Shown here: positions 46,886-56,136 of the stretch, in pieces
How the letters are laid out: every line of letters starts with the position of its first letter
How positions within the stretch are numbered: the first letter of the stretch is position 1
Source of the DNA: Thermoproteota archaeon
GTDB taxonomy: Archaea; Korarchaeota; Korarchaeia; Korarchaeales; Korarchaeaceae
Assembly: GCA_027491415.1 (NCBI GenBank)
Contig: JAOZFH010000028.1
Location: forward strand, 12,465-76,464
DNA length: 64,000 nucleotides
Direction of reading: 5' to 3'
The notes under the pieces: model-generated
What the model was told of the DNA's origin: nothing
The model's database searches: none
The model's input: the letters and a program-made list of their open reading frames with translations, nothing else
Translations under genes and position numbers: made by a program

Positions 46886-47554
46886 TCAGAAGGTGAACCC
46901 GGGTCTCCCAGCCCTCGACACCTTGACCTCTGCGATCTCGCCCTCCCTCAGCCTGATCGAGCAGTACATCCCCCTACTCGCCGGTCCGGGGTTCACCGCA
47001 AGCGTCCTCCCCAGCCTCTCCATGCCCGCAGACTCGTGTATGTGCCCGCAGACGCACAGGAGGGGCTGGAACTCCTCTATGTACCTTCGGACTGACTTGG
47101 ACCCCGCGTGGCCGCCGGCGCGTGGGATGTCGAGGGTCGTGCCGTGGGGCGGCGCGTGGGACAGCAGGATGTCCACCCTCCCCAGGCCCCGGAGCAGGCC
47201 CCAGATCCGATCCTCGCCCAGCTCTATCGGCGTGGAGAAGGGTCCTGGGTTCGCCCCACCGACGCCCCCGATCGAGATCCCGTGAACGCTCACGGCCTTT
47301 CCATGGACGTTCTCCGACGAGCCAATTCTCTCCACGCTGAGGAGCTCGGGGGGATCCATGTTTCCCGGCACGAACAGGGTGGGGAACCCCTCGAAGTACT
47401 GGAGGACCTCCTCGATGTCCTGAAGGTCCCCGGCATTCGTCAGGTCGCCGGACAGCAGGACGAGGTCGGGACTCTCCTCGGCCAGGGCCGAGAGTATCGC
47501 CTGTGGCCTCCCGTGTATGTCCACCGCCGCCAGTATCCGGAGGGTGCCGACCAT
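46886..47554 (-). CDS. Calcineurin-like metallophosphoesterase
   Basis: DIHG, SGDLT, PGNMD, HAPP and GHIHE. Confidence 0.9.
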   Translation of the reverse strand: MVGTLRILAAVDIHGRPQAILSALAEESPDLVLLSGDLTNAGDLQDIEEVLQYFEGFPTLFVPGNMDPPELLSVERIGSSENVHGKAVSVHGISIGGVGGANPGPFSTPIELGEDRIWGLLRGLGRVDILLSHAPPHGTTLDIPRAGGHAGSKSVRRYIEEFQPLLCVCGHIHESAGMERLGRTLAVNPGPASRGMYCSIRLREGEIAEVKVSRAGRPGFTF

Positions 47555-47607
47555 CGGGTGTGCCGCGCCGGGAAGCCGATATATTCCCCTCGCCGCCCTC
47601 CGACCAG

Positions 47608-48618
47608 GTGCCCCGGGCGCTGGTCAGGATTCCGCAGGACGCGGCGGTCCCTCTGATCGGGACAGTGGCCTTCGGCCTGATAGACAGGGGGACGACCCTG
47701 ATCCAGGTGAGGCCCTCCAGCGCCTGCGTCCTCTCGTGCGTCTTTTGCTCCACCGACGCCGGGCCCCGCAGCAGGACCAGACTGGCGGAGTATCTCGTGG
47801 ACATGGATTACCTGCTCCAGTGGTTTGACGAGGTGGCCGTCTACAAGGGCGTGAGCGACCTGGAGGCCCACGTGGACACCGTTGGCGATCCGTTCGTCTA
47901 CCCGAAGGTCACGGAGCTGTTCCGGAGGCTCAAGGAGCACCCCCAGGTCTCGGTGGTCTCGGTCCAGACCCACGGGGCCCTCCTGGGTCCGGAAGACGTT
48001 CCGAGGCTCGAGGAATCAGGCCTCGACAGGGTCAATCTAAGCATAGACAGCCTGAACCCGGAGAAGGCCCGAGCACTCTCGGGCACCCCCGCATACGATG
48101 TGGAGAGGGTGAAGGAGTTCGCCAGGAGGCTCGCCGAGAGCGAGGTGGACCTGCTGATAGCTCCAGTGTGGGTGCCCGGTCTCAACGACGAGGACATTCC
48201 AGAGATCATAGAGTTCGCCCTGGACATCGGTGCCGGGAAGAGATGGCCCCCGCTGGGGATACAGAAGTACGAGGCCCACAGGCACGGCAGGCGGCCGAGG
48301 GGCGTAAGGCCCATGCCCTGGTCAAGGTTCTACGCCGCCCTGAGGAGGTGGGAGGAGGAGTACGGTGTGAGGCTGGTGCTGACGCGTGAGGACTTCAACA
48401 TCAGGCCCTCCAGGGGCCTGCCGAAGACCATGAGGGTAGGCGAGAAGGTGGCCGTGAGGGTCGTCGGGCCCGGCTGGAGGAGGGGAGAGGCCCTCGGCGT
48501 CGCGAGGGGGAGGGCGGTGACTCTGGTCAACGCGGAGGCCTACCCTACGGGATCGGAGGTCAGGGCCGTCGTGCTCAGGGACAGGGACAACGTGTACGTC
48601 TTGAGGCCCGCCCCCTGA
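47608..48618 (+). CDS. Radical SAM protein with C-terminal TRAM-like domain
   Basis: FGLIDRGTTLIQVRP and CVLSCVFC; C-terminal beta domain. Start moved to GTG at 47608. Confidence 0.82.
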   Translation: MPRALVRIPQDAAVPLIGTVAFGLIDRGTTLIQVRPSSACVLSCVFCSTDAGPRSRTRLAEYLVDMDYLLQWFDEVAVYKGVSDLEAHVDTVGDPFVYPKVTELFRRLKEHPQVSVVSVQTHGALLGPEDVPRLEESGLDRVNLSIDSLNPEKARALSGTPAYDVERVKEFARRLAESEVDLLIAPVWVPGLNDEDIPEIIEFALDIGAGKRWPPLGIQKYEAHRHGRRPRGVRPMPWSRFYAALRRWEEEYGVRLVLTREDFNIRPSRGLPKTMRVGEKVAVRVVGPGWRRGEALGVARGRAVTLVNAEAYPTGSEVRAVVLRDRDNVYVLRPAP

Positions 48619-48659
48619 CCGAAGGGGTTAAGGCTCCTCAGAGGGTCTGATCGCGTAGC

Positions 48660-49766
48660 TTGAGGAGGACGGGAGAGGCGGTACTCCCACTCCACGTTGG
48701 GAGGGCTCCTCGCTGGCTCTTCACGAGGATGAAGAAGCTGGCTGGATTGGTCTCAGAGGCGATCGTGCGCGAGTACGGCAGGCTCGAACTCCTGAGGAGG
48801 CTCTCAGATCCGGTGTGGTTTCAGGCATTCGGGTGCGCTCTGGGCTACGACTGGCACTCCTCCGGCGTGACCACCGTCGCGACCGCCGCCCTCAGGGAGG
48901 CGCTTGAGGAGCGTGAGCTCGGGGTTCTGGTGCTGGGCGGGAAGGGGAGGGCCTCCATGAGGGTCCCCGAGGAGGTTCGAAGGGTGGCGGAGAGGCTTGA
49001 CCTCCCGGACTCGTCTGCTCAGAGCCTGAAGAGGGCCAGCAGGATGTCGGCGAAGGTGGACAACGCCGTCCTGCAGGACGGTTACCGGATCTACCACCAC
49101 GCCCTCGTGGTCTCGGAGGAGGGGTCGTGGGCGGTCATCCAGCAGGGGATGAACCCGGAGAGGAGGCTGGCCAGGAGGTACCACTGGCTCGGTGAGATGG
49201 TCTCCAGCTTCGTCGTGGAGCCGCACTCGGGCATCGCCGGCGAGAGGAGAGAGCCGGCCGTGCTCGACATGACCGCCAGGGAGAGCGAGGAGGCTAGGAA
49301 GGCCTCCGTGGACTTGGTGATGGAGGGCCCGGAGAGACTCTCCAGGATGCTGAGGGAGGCCGCGGTCGGACCCCTCTCGAGGTACTTGGGAGAGGAGAGG
49401 GGGGTTCCCGTCCTCGTCATGCCGAGGAGAGTCGATTGGTCCGCCCTTAGGAGGGCCTACGAGAGGTCCGTCTCCACGTACGAGGAACTCGTCGAGGTCC
49501 GCGGCGTGGGACCGGCTACTATCAGGGCCCTTGCGCTTCTGGCAGAGCTTATCGAGGGGGTCGAGCCGAGCAGGAAAGACCCGATCAGGTACTCGTTCGC
49601 GTTCGGCGGGAAGGACGGCGTACCCTTCCCGGTGGACGTAATGAGGATGGACCGTGCCATAGAATTCCTGACCGAGCTGGTCAGGGGTTCGGACCTCCCC
49701 GAGGGCGAGAGGAGAAAGGTGCTCAAGAGGCTGAGCAGGCTGGCAGGGCGCGTCCCAAAGGCTTAA
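48660..49766 (+). CDS. DUF763-family protein
   Basis: [33 protein letters not shown], HhH-like RGVGPAT and [11 protein letters not shown]. Confidence 0.85.
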   Translation: MRRTGEAVLPLHVGRAPRWLFTRMKKLAGLVSEAIVREYGRLELLRRLSDPVWFQAFGCALGYDWHSSGVTTVATAALREALEERELGVLVLGGKGRASMRVPEEVRRVAERLDLPDSSAQSLKRASRMSAKVDNAVLQDGYRIYHHALVVSEEGSWAVIQQGMNPERRLARRYHWLGEMVSSFVVEPHSGIAGERREPAVLDMTARESEEARKASVDLVMEGPERLSRMLREAAVGPLSRYLGEERGVPVLVMPRRVDWSALRRAYERSVSTYEELVEVRGVGPATIRALALLAELIEGVEPSRKDPIRYSFAFGGKDGVPFPVDVMRMDRAIEFLTELVRGSDLPEGERRKVLKRLSRLAGRVPKA

Positions 49767-49800
49767 TTAGGTCCGGGGTAGACCTCGCCGAGCTGGGGGA

Positions 49801-49901
49801 GGAGGGGATGTCCTGCCAATTTACCCGGCCCTGATCGGCCCGCTTCACCCGACCGAGTTCGGTCCTTTTCCTATCGCGGGCGGAACGCCCTCGTCCCCTC
49901 C
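49801..49901 (+). promoter_or_regulatory. Candidate structured leader RNA upstream of pheS
   Basis: A 10-bp closing stem (49801-49810 with 49892-49901) encloses three hairpins; a TATA-like CTTAATTA lies at 49762. Confidence 0.45.
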
Positions 49902-49927
49902 CGCATCGCGAACGCCTGTCCTCAGGG

Positions 49928-51436
49928 GTGATGTCCTTGGTTAGCGAAGTCCCGCTAACAGAGGGAGAGCTCAGGCTGCTCAGGCTCCTGGCCGACCTGG
50001 GGAGCGAGTCGGACGTCGACCGGCTGCCCATGGACCGAAGCGCGGCCCTGGCTCTTGCCTCTCTGCTCTCGGACAAGGGCCTTGTCCGCGTCGAGAGGCG
50101 CGTGAAGAAGGTTCTCAGGCTCACCGAGAGAGGTCGGGAGGCCTTGGATCATGGTTTACCGGAGGAGCGCCTCCTGAGTTTGCTCAGATCGTCAGGCGGC
50201 TCGGCTCCACTCAGGGTCGTGAGGGAGTCCGGCCTCTTCGCCGACAAGGCGGAGTTGGACGCGGCCCTTGGCGAGGCCAGGAGGGCGGGCTGGATCTCCT
50301 TCCAGAAGGTGGACGGTGAGACCGTCGTCGGGCTGACTAAAGCTCCGGAAGAGGTTCCTCTGACCAGGGCGCTGAGGGCCGCGGCCGCCGGGGAGCACGT
50401 GCCGGAGGATGCGATCAAGAGGCTGAGGTCTAGGGGGCTCGTGAGGGAGGAGGAGCAGGCGCAGTTCACGATCAGCCTGACGGAGGACGGCCTCCGCGTG
50501 GCCCGCGGCGAGGTGCCCGTGGCGATAGAGGCGGCGAAGCTCACCAGGGAGCTGATCGAGACCGGCGCCTGGAGGAACGTCAGGCTCAAGTCCTACGACG
50601 TGACGCTCCCGCCCCCTATCGTGTACCCAGGCAAGTCCCATCCGTACGTCCAGTTCCTGGAGGAGGTCAGAGAGATCCTGATAGGGATGGGCTTCGAGGA
50701 GGTGAAGAGCCCCATCGTGGAGATGGAGTTCTGGAACTTCGACGTCCTGTTCCAGGCTCAAGATCACCCCGCCAGGGAGGTCCACGACTCCTACGCGCTG
50801 GCGTATCCCTCACGCGCCCCGAGGACCCCAGACGAGTCCTTGGTCGAGAGGGTCAGGAGGACCCACGAGGATGGGTGGAGGACCGGCTCCACGGGCTGGA
50901 GGTATCGGTGGAGCTTCGACACGGCCATGAGGCTGATGCTCAGATCTCAGACGACCTCAGCCTCCGCTAGGACGCTGGCAAGCAGGAAGGAGCTGCCGCT
51001 GAAGATATTCGTCATCGACAGGGTCTTCCGACCTGAGGCCCTCGACAGGACCCACTCCATGGAGTTCCACCAGTGCGAGGGTGTGGTTCTGGCCGAGGGG
51101 CTGACCGTGAGGCACCTCCTCGGGTACCTGAGGGAGTTCGCCAACAAGCTGGGGTTTGACGAGGTGGCCTTCAAGCCAGCCTACTTCCCGTTCACGGAGC
51201 CGAGCGTCGAGGCCTACGTCAAGCACCCCGAACTGGGGTGGATAGAGATCGCGGGGTCGGGCCTGTTCAGGCCGGAGGTCCTCATCCCGCTGGGCTACGA
51301 GTACCCAAGAGTCCAGGCTCTGGCCTGGGGGATCGGGATAGGTAGGCTGGCGATGGTGAGGCTCGGCATAGAGGACATCAGGGACCTGCACAGCCAGGAT
51401 CTCCAGTTCCTCAGGGAGTTCCCGGCGAGGTGGTAG
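49928..51436 (+). CDS. pheS: Phenylalanine-tRNA ligase alpha subunit
   Basis: FWNFDVLFQAQDHPARE, YFPFTEPS and GLFRPE. Confidence 0.97.
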   Translation: MMSLVSEVPLTEGELRLLRLLADLGSESDVDRLPMDRSAALALASLLSDKGLVRVERRVKKVLRLTERGREALDHGLPEERLLSLLRSSGGSAPLRVVRESGLFADKAELDAALGEARRAGWISFQKVDGETVVGLTKAPEEVPLTRALRAAAAGEHVPEDAIKRLRSRGLVREEEQAQFTISLTEDGLRVARGEVPVAIEAAKLTRELIETGAWRNVRLKSYDVTLPPPIVYPGKSHPYVQFLEEVREILIGMGFEEVKSPIVEMEFWNFDVLFQAQDHPAREVHDSYALAYPSRAPRTPDESLVERVRRTHEDGWRTGSTGWRYRWSFDTAMRLMLRSQTTSASARTLASRKELPLKIFVIDRVFRPEALDRTHSMEFHQCEGVVLAEGLTVRHLLGYLREFANKLGFDEVAFKPAYFPFTEPSVEAYVKHPELGWIEIAGSGLFRPEVLIPLGYEYPRVQALAWGIGIGRLAMVRLGIEDIRDLHSQDLQFLREFPARW

Positions 51437-51437
51437 C

Positions 51438-53117
51438 ATGCCCGTGATATCGGTCAGTTACTCGGACCTGTGCAGGCTCGTGGGAGAACTCATCCCGATG
51501 GAGTCCCTCGGGGACCTCCTGGCGCGGGTGAAGGTGGACTTCGAGGGCGAGGAGGAGGGGGAGCTCGAACTGGAGGTGACGGCCGACAGGCTTGACCTCG
51601 TGACCGTGGAGGGGATTGCGAGGGCGCTGAAGGGCATCATGGGCAAGGAGGCGGGGCTCCCAAGGTACGACATCTTCGAATCCGGCTGGGAGGTCCGCGT
51701 GGACCCCTCGGTCGAGCGGGTAAGGCCGTACGTGGTCGGCGCCGTCGTGGAGGGTGTGGAGCTCGACGAGGATGCCCTGGTGGCGCTTATGAGGGCTCAG
51801 GAGAAGCTCCACCAGACGCTGGGGCGTGACAGGCGAAAGATGTCGATGGGGATCCACAACGCTGACGTGATCGTGCCCCCCATCTCCTACGCTGCAGAGC
51901 CCTCGGACCGAGTGAGGTTCGTTCCCCTCGGAGAGGCGGAGGAGATGACGGCGAGGGAGGTGCTCAGCCGGACCGAGAAGGGCAGGGAGTACGCTCACCT
52001 GGTTGGCGACGGCTCGGTGGTCCCCGTGCTCCGCGACTCGAAGGGCGACGTTCTCTCGGTTCCGCCCATCCTGAACGGGGAGCTGACGAGGGTGACCGAG
52101 TCCACGCGGAACCTGTTCATCGATGTGACGGGCCCCGATCTGAGGGCCATCTCCCAAGCCCTCGTGCTGATCACCACGGCGCTGGCCGAGAGGGGGGGCA
52201 GGACAGGGACCGTAGTGGTTGGGTATCCGGGAGAGCCAGGGGAGCTGATCACGCCCGACCTCTCCACGTCGGAGCTGACGGTGGAGGTGAAGTACGTGAA
52301 CTCCTTGATGGGCCTCAACCTGACTCCGGAGGAGATCGCTGACCTGCTGAGGAAGGTCAGACTGGGGGCCAAGGTTCAGGGGGACTCGGTGAGGGTGCTG
52401 ATCCCCCCCTACAGGTTCGACTTCCTCCACCCGGTCGATGTGGTAGAGGAGGTCGCGCAGGCCGTGGGCTATGACAGGCTTGAGCCAGAACTCCCTGCCT
52501 GGGTATCCACATTTGGCCGCAGACACCCGATCGAGAAGGCCTCCTCCCTCGTGCGGACGCTGATGATCGGGCTGGGCTACCAGGAGATACTGAACTATGT
52601 GATGACCAGCAGGGAGGTGCTGTTCGAGAGGGTCCTCAGGCCGGAATCCCCGGTGGTCGAGGTGGCGAATCCCGTGACGGCCTCCTACTCAGTTCTCAGG
52701 GACTCGCTCCTGCCGGGCGTGATCGCGTTTCTCGCCAGGAACACGGGCGCGCCCCTCCCGCAGAAGGTGTTCGAGGTGGGCGACGTGGTGATACCCGACG
52801 AGTCCGCCGAGACGGGAGCGAGGGACGAGAGGAGGGTCTGCGCCGCCATAGCGGACAGCGAGGTGGGATTCGAGGACATACAGGCCGACCTCTATGCGCT
52901 CCTGAGGAACCTAGCGGTCGAGTTCGAGGTCAGGCCAGCCAGGTACCCGACGCTCCTGCCGGGCAGGACCGCTGAGATACTCGTTTCCGGGAGGGTTGCG
53001 GGGGTGGTAGGCGAGGTCAACCCGGAGGTGCTCGAGCTAAACAAGATCAAGACGCCCGTCGCCGCCTTCGAGCTCTCACTCCCCGCCCTGAAGATTATAG
53101 GTGGCGGGATTCAATAG
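51438..53117 (+). CDS. pheT: Phenylalanine-tRNA ligase beta subunit
   Basis: DRLDL, QEKLH, SVPPILN, PPYRFDFLHPVDVVEE and LRDSLLPG. Confidence 0.97.
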   Translation: MPVISVSYSDLCRLVGELIPMESLGDLLARVKVDFEGEEEGELELEVTADRLDLVTVEGIARALKGIMGKEAGLPRYDIFESGWEVRVDPSVERVRPYVVGAVVEGVELDEDALVALMRAQEKLHQTLGRDRRKMSMGIHNADVIVPPISYAAEPSDRVRFVPLGEAEEMTAREVLSRTEKGREYAHLVGDGSVVPVLRDSKGDVLSVPPILNGELTRVTESTRNLFIDVTGPDLRAISQALVLITTALAERGGRTGTVVVGYPGEPGELITPDLSTSELTVEVKYVNSLMGLNLTPEEIADLLRKVRLGAKVQGDSVRVLIPPYRFDFLHPVDVVEEVAQAVGYDRLEPELPAWVSTFGRRHPIEKASSLVRTLMIGLGYQEILNYVMTSREVLFERVLRPESPVVEVANPVTASYSVLRDSLLPGVIAFLARNTGAPLPQKVFEVGDVVIPDESAETGARDERRVCAAIADSEVGFEDIQADLYALLRNLAVEFEVRPARYPTLLPGRTAEILVSGRVAGVVGEVNPEVLELNKIKTPVAAFELSLPALKIIGGGIQ

Positions 53118-53134
53118 CAAGTAGTGTTGCTCGC

Positions 53135-53500
53135 ATGTTGGTGGAATCAACGGGCTTCGGTCATATAGTGATCGACGGTAAGCGGTACAGGCACGATGTC
53201 GTCCTGACGGACGAGGTGCGCCCCAGGAGGAAGGAGCTCTCTAAGTCTCTCAGGTCGAGGTTTGGCCACACGCCGTTGACGGGTGATGAGGTCTTCGTCT
53301 ACTTCAGGGACTACAGGCCTGAGGTGATCGTGGTGGGTACCGGACAGTTCGGGGCGCTCCCACTGGTCGGCGTCGAGGAGGCGGCCAGGGAGCTGGGGGC
53401 GAGGCTGATCGCAAAAAAGACGGGAGAAGCCCTGAAGGAGTACAACAGGCTGGTGGAAGAGGGGAGGAGGGTGGCGGCCCTCTTCCACGTCACCTGCTGA
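53135..53500 (+). CDS. Mth938-like domain protein
   Basis: FGHIVIDG, IVVGTGQFG and C-terminal HVTC. Confidence 0.82.
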   Translation: MLVESTGFGHIVIDGKRYRHDVVLTDEVRPRRKELSKSLRSRFGHTPLTGDEVFVYFRDYRPEVIVVGTGQFGALPLVGVEEAARELGARLIAKKTGEALKEYNRLVEEGRRVAALFHVTC

Positions 53501-53508
53501 GGCAGTCC

Positions 53509-54618
53509 TCAGGACCCCTTCTTGGCCCAGTCCAGTACGTACTCCGCCAGGAGCCTGCTGTTCAGCACCAGGTCCCTCAGGTCCACGACCTCGACGCCGC
53601 TGTGCATGTACCTGTTGGGGATGGACGAGAGGGCCGTCTTCACGCCGCCCCGGGCTATCTGTATGGCCCAGGTGTCCGTCCCCATTCCCCTGGGGTCGGC
53701 CTCCCTCTGGTGGGGTATCTCCCTCTCCTCCGCGACCTTCAGGAGCCTCTCGACCACCTCCGGGTGGTAGATGGGTCCTATGGAGATCACCGGGCCCTTG
53801 CCCAGCTCGGCCCTGACCTTCTCGGGCGGCAGGCCGGGCGAGGTCGCGAAGGTGACGTCGACCACGAGGGCCACGTCGGGCCTCAGCTCGTACCCCATCA
53901 TGTAGGCGCCCCTGAGCCCTATCTCCTCCTGGACCGTGGCCACCACGTGGACCCTCACATCCCTCAGCTCTTCCCTCCTCTCCCACAGCCTCTTTGCGGC
54001 CATGAAGATCGTCGCCACGCCTGACTTGTCGTCGAACCCGCTCCCGACGACCCTGTACCTGGTCAGCTCGTCGTAGGGCGCGTCGAGGACCACGTAGTCC
54101 CCGATCCTCACCCCCATCTCCTCCGCCTGTTCCTTGCTCTCCGCACCGATGTCTATGGCGAGGTTCTCAAACTCCGGCGGCTTTTCTCTCTGCTCCTTCT
54201 TCATGAGGTGAGGCGGGATCGTTCCGATGACTCCCTTGATGGCCCCCTTCTTGGTAAGGACCTTGACCCTCCAGCCGTAGGGGACCTTCGGATCCCAGCC
54301 TCCGACGGGGGAGAACTTCAGGTACCCCTTGTCGTCGATTGCCCTGATGATGAAGCCTATCTGGTCGATGTGGGCCACCAGCATGACGGACCTCTTCCCC
54401 TCCGGGTTTATCGTGCCGACGTAGTTGGCCCACCCCGTGACGCGGAGCTCGTCCACGTAGGGCCCGAGAAGCCCCCTGACAACTTCCTCGGCGGCTTGCT
54501 CCATCCCCGTGACCGTGGGGGTGGAGATCAGGCGCTCGAGCATGCGAGATGCGAGGGCCCTCTCCTCCTCGGGGACCTCAATCTTTTCCTCCTTCTTCTC
54601 ACTCTCCTTCCCGCTCAT
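53509..54618 (-). CDS. M42-family aminopeptidase
   Basis: AHIDQIG, FDDK, VQEEIGLRGA, GTD and RYMHS. Confidence 0.92.
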   Translation of the reverse strand: MSGKESEKKEEKIEVPEEERALASRMLERLISTPTVTGMEQAAEEVVRGLLGPYVDELRVTGWANYVGTINPEGKRSVMLVAHIDQIGFIIRAIDDKGYLKFSPVGGWDPKVPYGWRVKVLTKKGAIKGVIGTIPPHLMKKEQREKPPEFENLAIDIGAESKEQAEEMGVRIGDYVVLDAPYDELTRYRVVGSGFDDKSGVATIFMAAKRLWERREELRDVRVHVVATVQEEIGLRGAYMMGYELRPDVALVVDVTFATSPGLPPEKVRAELGKGPVISIGPIYHPEVVERLLKVAEEREIPHQREADPRGMGTDTWAIQIARGGVKTALSSIPNRYMHSGVEVVDLRDLVLNSRLLAEYVLDWAKKGS

Positions 54619-54858
54619 GGCCGCTCGCCGATTGGCCTGGGTGGCCCAGAAATAAAACCAGCGGTACGTTCAATCCGAGAGAGGGACCCCCACCGTTACC
54701 CTCCCCGCCGGAAAATCAGGGGGGTAATCAGGAGGTCGCGTTCAAGGCTGAGGAACGTCTTCCGGTGGAGTTTGAGAAGAGCTATAAGGCATTGCAGCCA
54801 GAACCTGAGATCCGGCCGGAGCGGGCCGGCGGCCCGCCTGGTCAGGGGGTGTGTCGCG

Positions 54859-56136
54859 ATGAAAGAGTTCCTCATCGAGGATGTGAGGTCCATGGAGGTC
54901 CTCGACTCCAGGGGCAATCCGACCGTTAAGACCTGGGTTAGGACCTCTGGAGGCTTTGTTGGCTCGTTCTCCGTCCCTTCAGGAGCCTCAAAGGGTGTTC
55001 ACGAGGCCGTCGAGCTGAGAGACGGCGGGAAGAGGTTGGGAGGAAAGGGGGTCCTCAGGGCCGTTGCCAACGTCGAGGGGCCGCTTGCGGCCGTGGTGAT
55101 AGGCAGGGACGTGAGGATGCAGCGGGAGATAGACTTGGCAATGGTGGAGGCCGACGGCACCCCTGACAAGTCGAGGTTCGGAGCGAACGCGATACTCTCC
55201 GTTTCCGTGGCGGTCGCCAAGGCCGCGGCCGTTGGCCTGAGGATGCCCCTTTACAGGTATGTTGGAGGTTCCAACGCCCACGTGCTACCAGTTCCCCTGC
55301 TGAACGTCCTGAACGGCGGACTCCACGCGGGTAACGACCTCGCTATCCAAGAGTTCATGATAGTCCCCGCGGCGTTCGACTCCTTCCGCGAGGCCCTCTA
55401 CGCGGCCGTCGAGGTGTACATGGAGCTGGGGCGAATCCTAGTTGATCGGTACGGGAAGGGCGCGAAGAACTTGGGAGACGAGGGAGGATACGCTCCACCC
55501 ATTAAGGAGACCAGAGAGGCCCTTGACGCCCTCATGTCGGCCATAGAGGCGGCGGGCCACGACGGGAAGGTCTTCTTGGCACTGGACGCCGCCGCCAGCA
55601 GCTTCTACAGGGACGGCACGTACTCCATAGACGGCAGAGAGCTGTCGACTGAGGCCCTGCTGGACTACTACGAGAGGCTGCTCGAGGAGTACCCCATCAT
55701 AAGCGTGGAGGATCCGTTCTACGAGGAGGACTTCGAGACCTTGGCTAGGATGACGAGGGAGCTGGGGGACCGTGTCCAGATAGTCGGGGACGACTACTTC
55801 ACCACCAACGTGAGCCGCCTCAAGATGGGGATCTCGAGAGGGGCGGCTAACTCTCTGCTTTGGAAGATAAACCAGGTCGGAACCCTCACGGAGGCGATGG
55901 AGGCGGCTAGACTGGCTCAGAGGAACGGCTACTCGGTGATCGTGAGCCACAGATCGGGGGAGACGACCGACTCGGCCATAGCCGACCTTGCGGTCGCGAT
56001 AAACGCTGACCAGATCAAGACGGGCGCCCCAGCGCGGGGAGAGCGAGTGGCCAAGTACAACAGGCTCTTGGAGATCGAGGAGGACCTGGGGTCGGTCGCG
56101 GTCTATCCCGGGCTCTCAGCCTTCAGGAGAGGCTAG
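54859..56136 (+). CDS. eno: Enolase
   Basis: LDSRGNPT, PSGAS, GDEGG, SHRSGET and IKTGAPARGER. True start is ATG at 54859. Confidence 0.97.
   Translation: MKEFLIEDVRSMEVLDSRGNPTVKTWVRTSGGFVGSFSVPSGASKGVHEAVELRDGGKRLGGKGVLRAVANVEGPLAAVVIGRDVRMQREIDLAMVEADGTPDKSRFGANAILSVSVAVAKAAAVGLRMPLYRYVGGSNAHVLPVPLLNVLNGGLHAGNDLAIQEFMIVPAAFDSFREALYAAVEVYMELGRILVDRYGKGAKNLGDEGGYAPPIKETREALDALMSAIEAAGHDGKVFLALDAAASSFYRDGTYSIDGRELSTEALLDYYERLLEEYPIISVEDPFYEEDFETLARMTRELGDRVQIVGDDYFTTNVSRLKMGISRGAANSLLWKINQVGTLTEAMEAARLAQRNGYSVIVSHRSGETTDSAIADLAVAINADQIKTGAPARGERVAKYNRLLEIEEDLGSVAVYPGLSAFRRG

Noticed and set aside
54208-54858. Apparent 217-aa N-terminal extension of enolase
   Set aside because: It overlaps the opposite-strand M42 gene. 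Enolase similarity begins at ATG 54859, which has its own TATA-like and SD-like signals.
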